Source: a virus
Reading direction: 5' to 3' (one strand)
IMG/VR virus record: IMGVR_UViG_3300002307_000003
DNA: 64,000 nt
Positions 61,759 through 64,000 of the stretch are shown here, piece after piece (within the stretch, counting starts at the first letter, position 1; each line of letters opens with the position of its first letter). Position numbers and translations under genes: made by a program. The notes beneath the pieces were generated by a model, which ran no database searches, had not been told where the DNA came from, and saw nothing but the letters and a program-made list of their open reading frames with translations.

Positions 61759-63414
61759 ATGAATCTCACAATTTCATCACCACGCGCACCACGCCTCACC
61801 ACGTTGAGCGATCTCGCTCGAGGCTTTCTCTCTGATAACATTTTAGAAAATGACAGGCGCATTTATTATCTCGACACGATGCGCGAATTTATCAGAGGCA
61901 ATCTATCATCAAGCCTCAAATATAAAACCGCGAGCAAATCATCGCGCCTCAATGAAAGACGCAAGGGGCGCAATATGTCAAAGGCGATCGCCACGATCAA
62001 AAAAAATCCGAAAGACATCGAGGCATCATTCATATACTTGTCATTGATCTATCAGATGAATGAAGACAAGGCGAGGCAATTCGAGCCCGCTTTCATTGAT
62101 GCTCGAGTGAATTTTCGCTCGGGTGAATGGCAAGCGATCACGTTAAAAAGCATCGATTCAAATATCGAGGGTTATCACCTTATCAATTTTGATCGATATA
62201 ATTTTATTTACTCATTACATTTTTCAATGAGCGAGCCGACACTCGTCGCATATTATCCAACGCTTGAGCATATGAGAAAGCGAAAAGAGGTGCGATTACG
62301 ATTCGGGAAATTTTTAACCAATATAAAAAACGAGATCGGCATTGAAAGCGAATCGATCATTAAGAATTATGTCGATGCTTACAATTCGATTTTACACGCG
62401 CGCAACGGGTGGCGATTGGATTTCATCGGCTCGAATGATCGCGAGGGGTGGCTCAATATTTATCAAGATGATAGGCACGTCAATTCATGTATGAGCGATT
62501 GTGATTCGGTGAAATTATATGCGCATGATCGATCAGTTTTGCGATTGGCTTATCTTGTCAATCAAGATAATGAGGTGCTCGCTCGTTGCATCGTGCGAGA
62601 AGATTTAAAAGAGTTTATTCGAGTTTATCCAGCCCCCGAAAATAGCACCTCGGGAAAATGGTTGCTCACTCTTTTAAAAGATCAGGGTTATTCATGGGGT
62701 TGCCTTGAGGGCGTATTAATCAAAACATATAATCACGATGAGGGGGGTTATCTCGCGCCATATATCGATCGAGGCAATTCAAACGGGTGTCAATATGGCT
62801 CAATAAAAAATATCGAGGGAAAATTATTTTTTGAAATTGGCGATAGTGGCGATTATTCGCTCACAATGACAAACGGGCGCACCGAAGAAGATGAGAGCGA
62901 AGATGATAATTCAACGTATTGCGAATGGTGCGATGATTACCACCACGAAGATGATGCTGTTTACCATGATAACCTCGGGTATTCGGTGTGCGACGGGTGC
63001 GCCAATGATTACGGCATCGAGGCAATTAATCCCGATGGTGATAGTGAGTTCATTCATCAAGATGATTCGTTTTATTGTGAGAGCGACGGCATGAATTACA
63101 CGCGCGAATCATTCGATGAGGGTGTTATCTTGCGCGATGAATCTACGGGCGATTTTTATTTGATCGAGGATTTAGTCGAGGTGTTCGAAAATGTATTCAT
63201 TCATAAAAATCAAGTCATCTCGCCGATCGTGCCTTATATAAGATCACGCACGCGATTGACGAATGGTGATCTCGTCGCGCATTTTCAATATCTTATTGAT
63301 ATTGATGAGGCTCGATTCTTACCGAATGGCGAGGCGATTCACTACACGCAACTCGATGAGATGATCGAATTATTAAACTCTTATAAACTTGAAAGCGAGG
63401 CAATTAATGCGTAA
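61759..63414 (+). CDS. hypothetical early protein with C-terminal Cys/His cluster
   Basis: 551-aa ORF, with an alternative start at ATG 61972 (MSKAIAT). CEWCDDYHHEDD...CDGC looks like a zinc ribbon. No family recognised. Confidence 0.65.
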   Translation: MNLTISSPRAPRLTTLSDLARGFLSDNILENDRRIYYLDTMREFIRGNLSSSLKYKTASKSSRLNERRKGRNMSKAIATIKKNPKDIEASFIYLSLIYQMNEDKARQFEPAFIDARVNFRSGEWQAITLKSIDSNIEGYHLINFDRYNFIYSLHFSMSEPTLVAYYPTLEHMRKRKEVRLRFGKFLTNIKNEIGIESESIIKNYVDAYNSILHARNGWRLDFIGSNDREGWLNIYQDDRHVNSCMSDCDSVKLYAHDRSVLRLAYLVNQDNEVLARCIVREDLKEFIRVYPAPENSTSGKWLLTLLKDQGYSWGCLEGVLIKTYNHDEGGYLAPYIDRGNSNGCQYGSIKNIEGKLFFEIGDSGDYSLTMTNGRTEEDESEDDNSTYCEWCDDYHHEDDAVYHDNLGYSVCDGCANDYGIEAINPDGDSEFIHQDDSFYCESDGMNYTRESFDEGVILRDESTGDFYLIEDLVEVFENVFIHKNQVISPIVPYIRSRTRLTNGDLVAHFQYLIDIDEARFLPNGEAIHYTQLDEMIELLNSYKLESEAINA

Positions 63415-63691
63415 TTATCCACTCGGGCAAATTTTGCCTTATCTCGATCGCTTTTCTCGATCATTGATTCTCGATATTGAATCGGGCGAAATCATCAATT
63501 TAATAAAGCATCTTGATTTAAGAAAATGCACCTTTGATGAGAAGTATTATCCACGCGCGTATATGGTGCTCACAAGTTTCGGATTGATCGCCGAGCAATA
63601 CGCAATTAAACTCAATCACGATCATGTCGATTTTGATGAGGATTATCTCGGATTTATTTTGAATCCAATTTTTATAAAAGAAAGAGAATAA
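63407..63691 (+). CDS. hypothetical protein
   Basis: ATG 63407 with GAGG upstream, preferred over TTG 63389. Confidence 0.5.
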   Translation: MRNYPLGQILPYLDRFSRSLILDIESGEIINLIKHLDLRKCTFDEKYYPRAYMVLTSFGLIAEQYAIKLNHDHVDFDEDYLGFILNPIFIKERE

Positions 63692-63694
63692 ATC

Positions 63695-64000
63695 ATGGAA
63701 AAATTATTAAACATTTTATCGCATCGACGCGAGCATAACTCGACGGGTGAATTATCATTCGCGCTTAAATACTTGAGCCAATTCGAGCCGATGTATGATC
63801 TCAATAATGACGTGATCGCTTATCGATTCGATAACACACACCCCGATGATCGCTCGCGCGTGCTCTTTTCGTGCCATATTGACACGATGCACCGATCGAA
63901 TCCCGAGCGCGTATTCCAAGAGGTGTATTTTGATTCATTCTCGAATCAAGTATTTATCGATTCAAGCGATGATTGCCTTGGTGCCGATGATGGTGCAGGC
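63695..64000 (+). CDS. metallopeptidase-like protein, 5' partial (runs off window)
   Basis: Not in the ORF track because no stop is reached. 102 codons open. SCHIDTMH and CLGADDGAG resemble M20/M28/M42-type metal-ligand motifs. Confidence 0.45.
   Translation, partial: MEKLLNILSHRREHNSTGELSFALKYLSQFEPMYDLNNDVIAYRFDNTHPDDRSRVLFSCHIDTMHRSNPERVFQEVYFDSFSNQVFIDSSDDCLGADDGAG

Noticed and set aside
61037-61862. ORFs on both strands across module B and the GC-rich repeat nest (61037-61489, 61338-61625, 61354-61662, 61356-61649, 61471-61713, 61632-61862).
   Set aside because: The translations are Arg/Gly/Ala repeats that mirror the DNA repeats. They overlap mutually on both strands, have no SD, and begin inside obvious regulatory repeats.
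1-64000. tRNA/tmRNA genes, an integrase or att sites (prophage hypothesis).
   Set aside because: By eye I found no cloverleaf-like GC-rich 70-90 nt segment with a GTTCGAATC-type T-arm, and no tyrosine or serine recombinase-like ORF. A proper tRNAscan/Aragorn run is still advisable.

Overview
The window reads as most of an AT-rich tailed-phage genome. I saw no integrase, tRNA, rRNA, CRISPR array or obvious host gene.

Layout:
- 1-18724, plus strand: early and replication genes. These include an iteron array, a sigma factor, a prim-pol/SF3 helicase, double-stranded beta-helix oxygenases plus an ACP, VRR-NUC, HNH, an SNF2 helicase, a DUF2800-like nuclease, a DUF2815-like SSB, a class II RNR and a family A DNA polymerase.
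- 60539 down to 18726, minus strand: late genes. In order of transcription: an intein-derived Hint/LAGLIDADG ORF, TerL, portal, GroES-like protein, scaffold, capsid, a 1340-aa fibre, five paralogous glycine-rich fibres split by a GIY-YIG gene, an AT-rich accessory island, a lysis cassette, and tail/internal virion proteins.
- 61.1-64 kb, plus strand: a CG/GATC-rich block that opens with a GC-rich nest of direct repeats.

Main second-look items:
1. A 23-aa PqqA-like peptide gene (60609-60680, minus) with its own promoter-like motifs, 5' hairpin, SD and terminator. No pqqB-E genes are in the window.
2. A strand-consistent promoter-like motif, TGCATTAGT. Six copies have the fixed form GGGCG-N16-TGCATTAGTA, and the phage carries its own sigma factor.
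3. Two 270-bp repeat-rich modules (2513-2782 and 60841-61110) that are reverse complements of each other and face the replication and late operons.
4. A GC-rich iteron nest (61.2-61.66 kb) whose octamer CGAGGCAA continues into the downstream gene in three reading frames.
5. A candidate -1 frameshift, or a homopolymer error, at A_AAA_AAA (20521-20527).
6. A free-standing, apparently splicing-dead intein-like ORF abutting terL.
7. An ACP cassette flanked by a duplicated gene 5' end.

All family assignments come from motifs read by eye. No searches were run.
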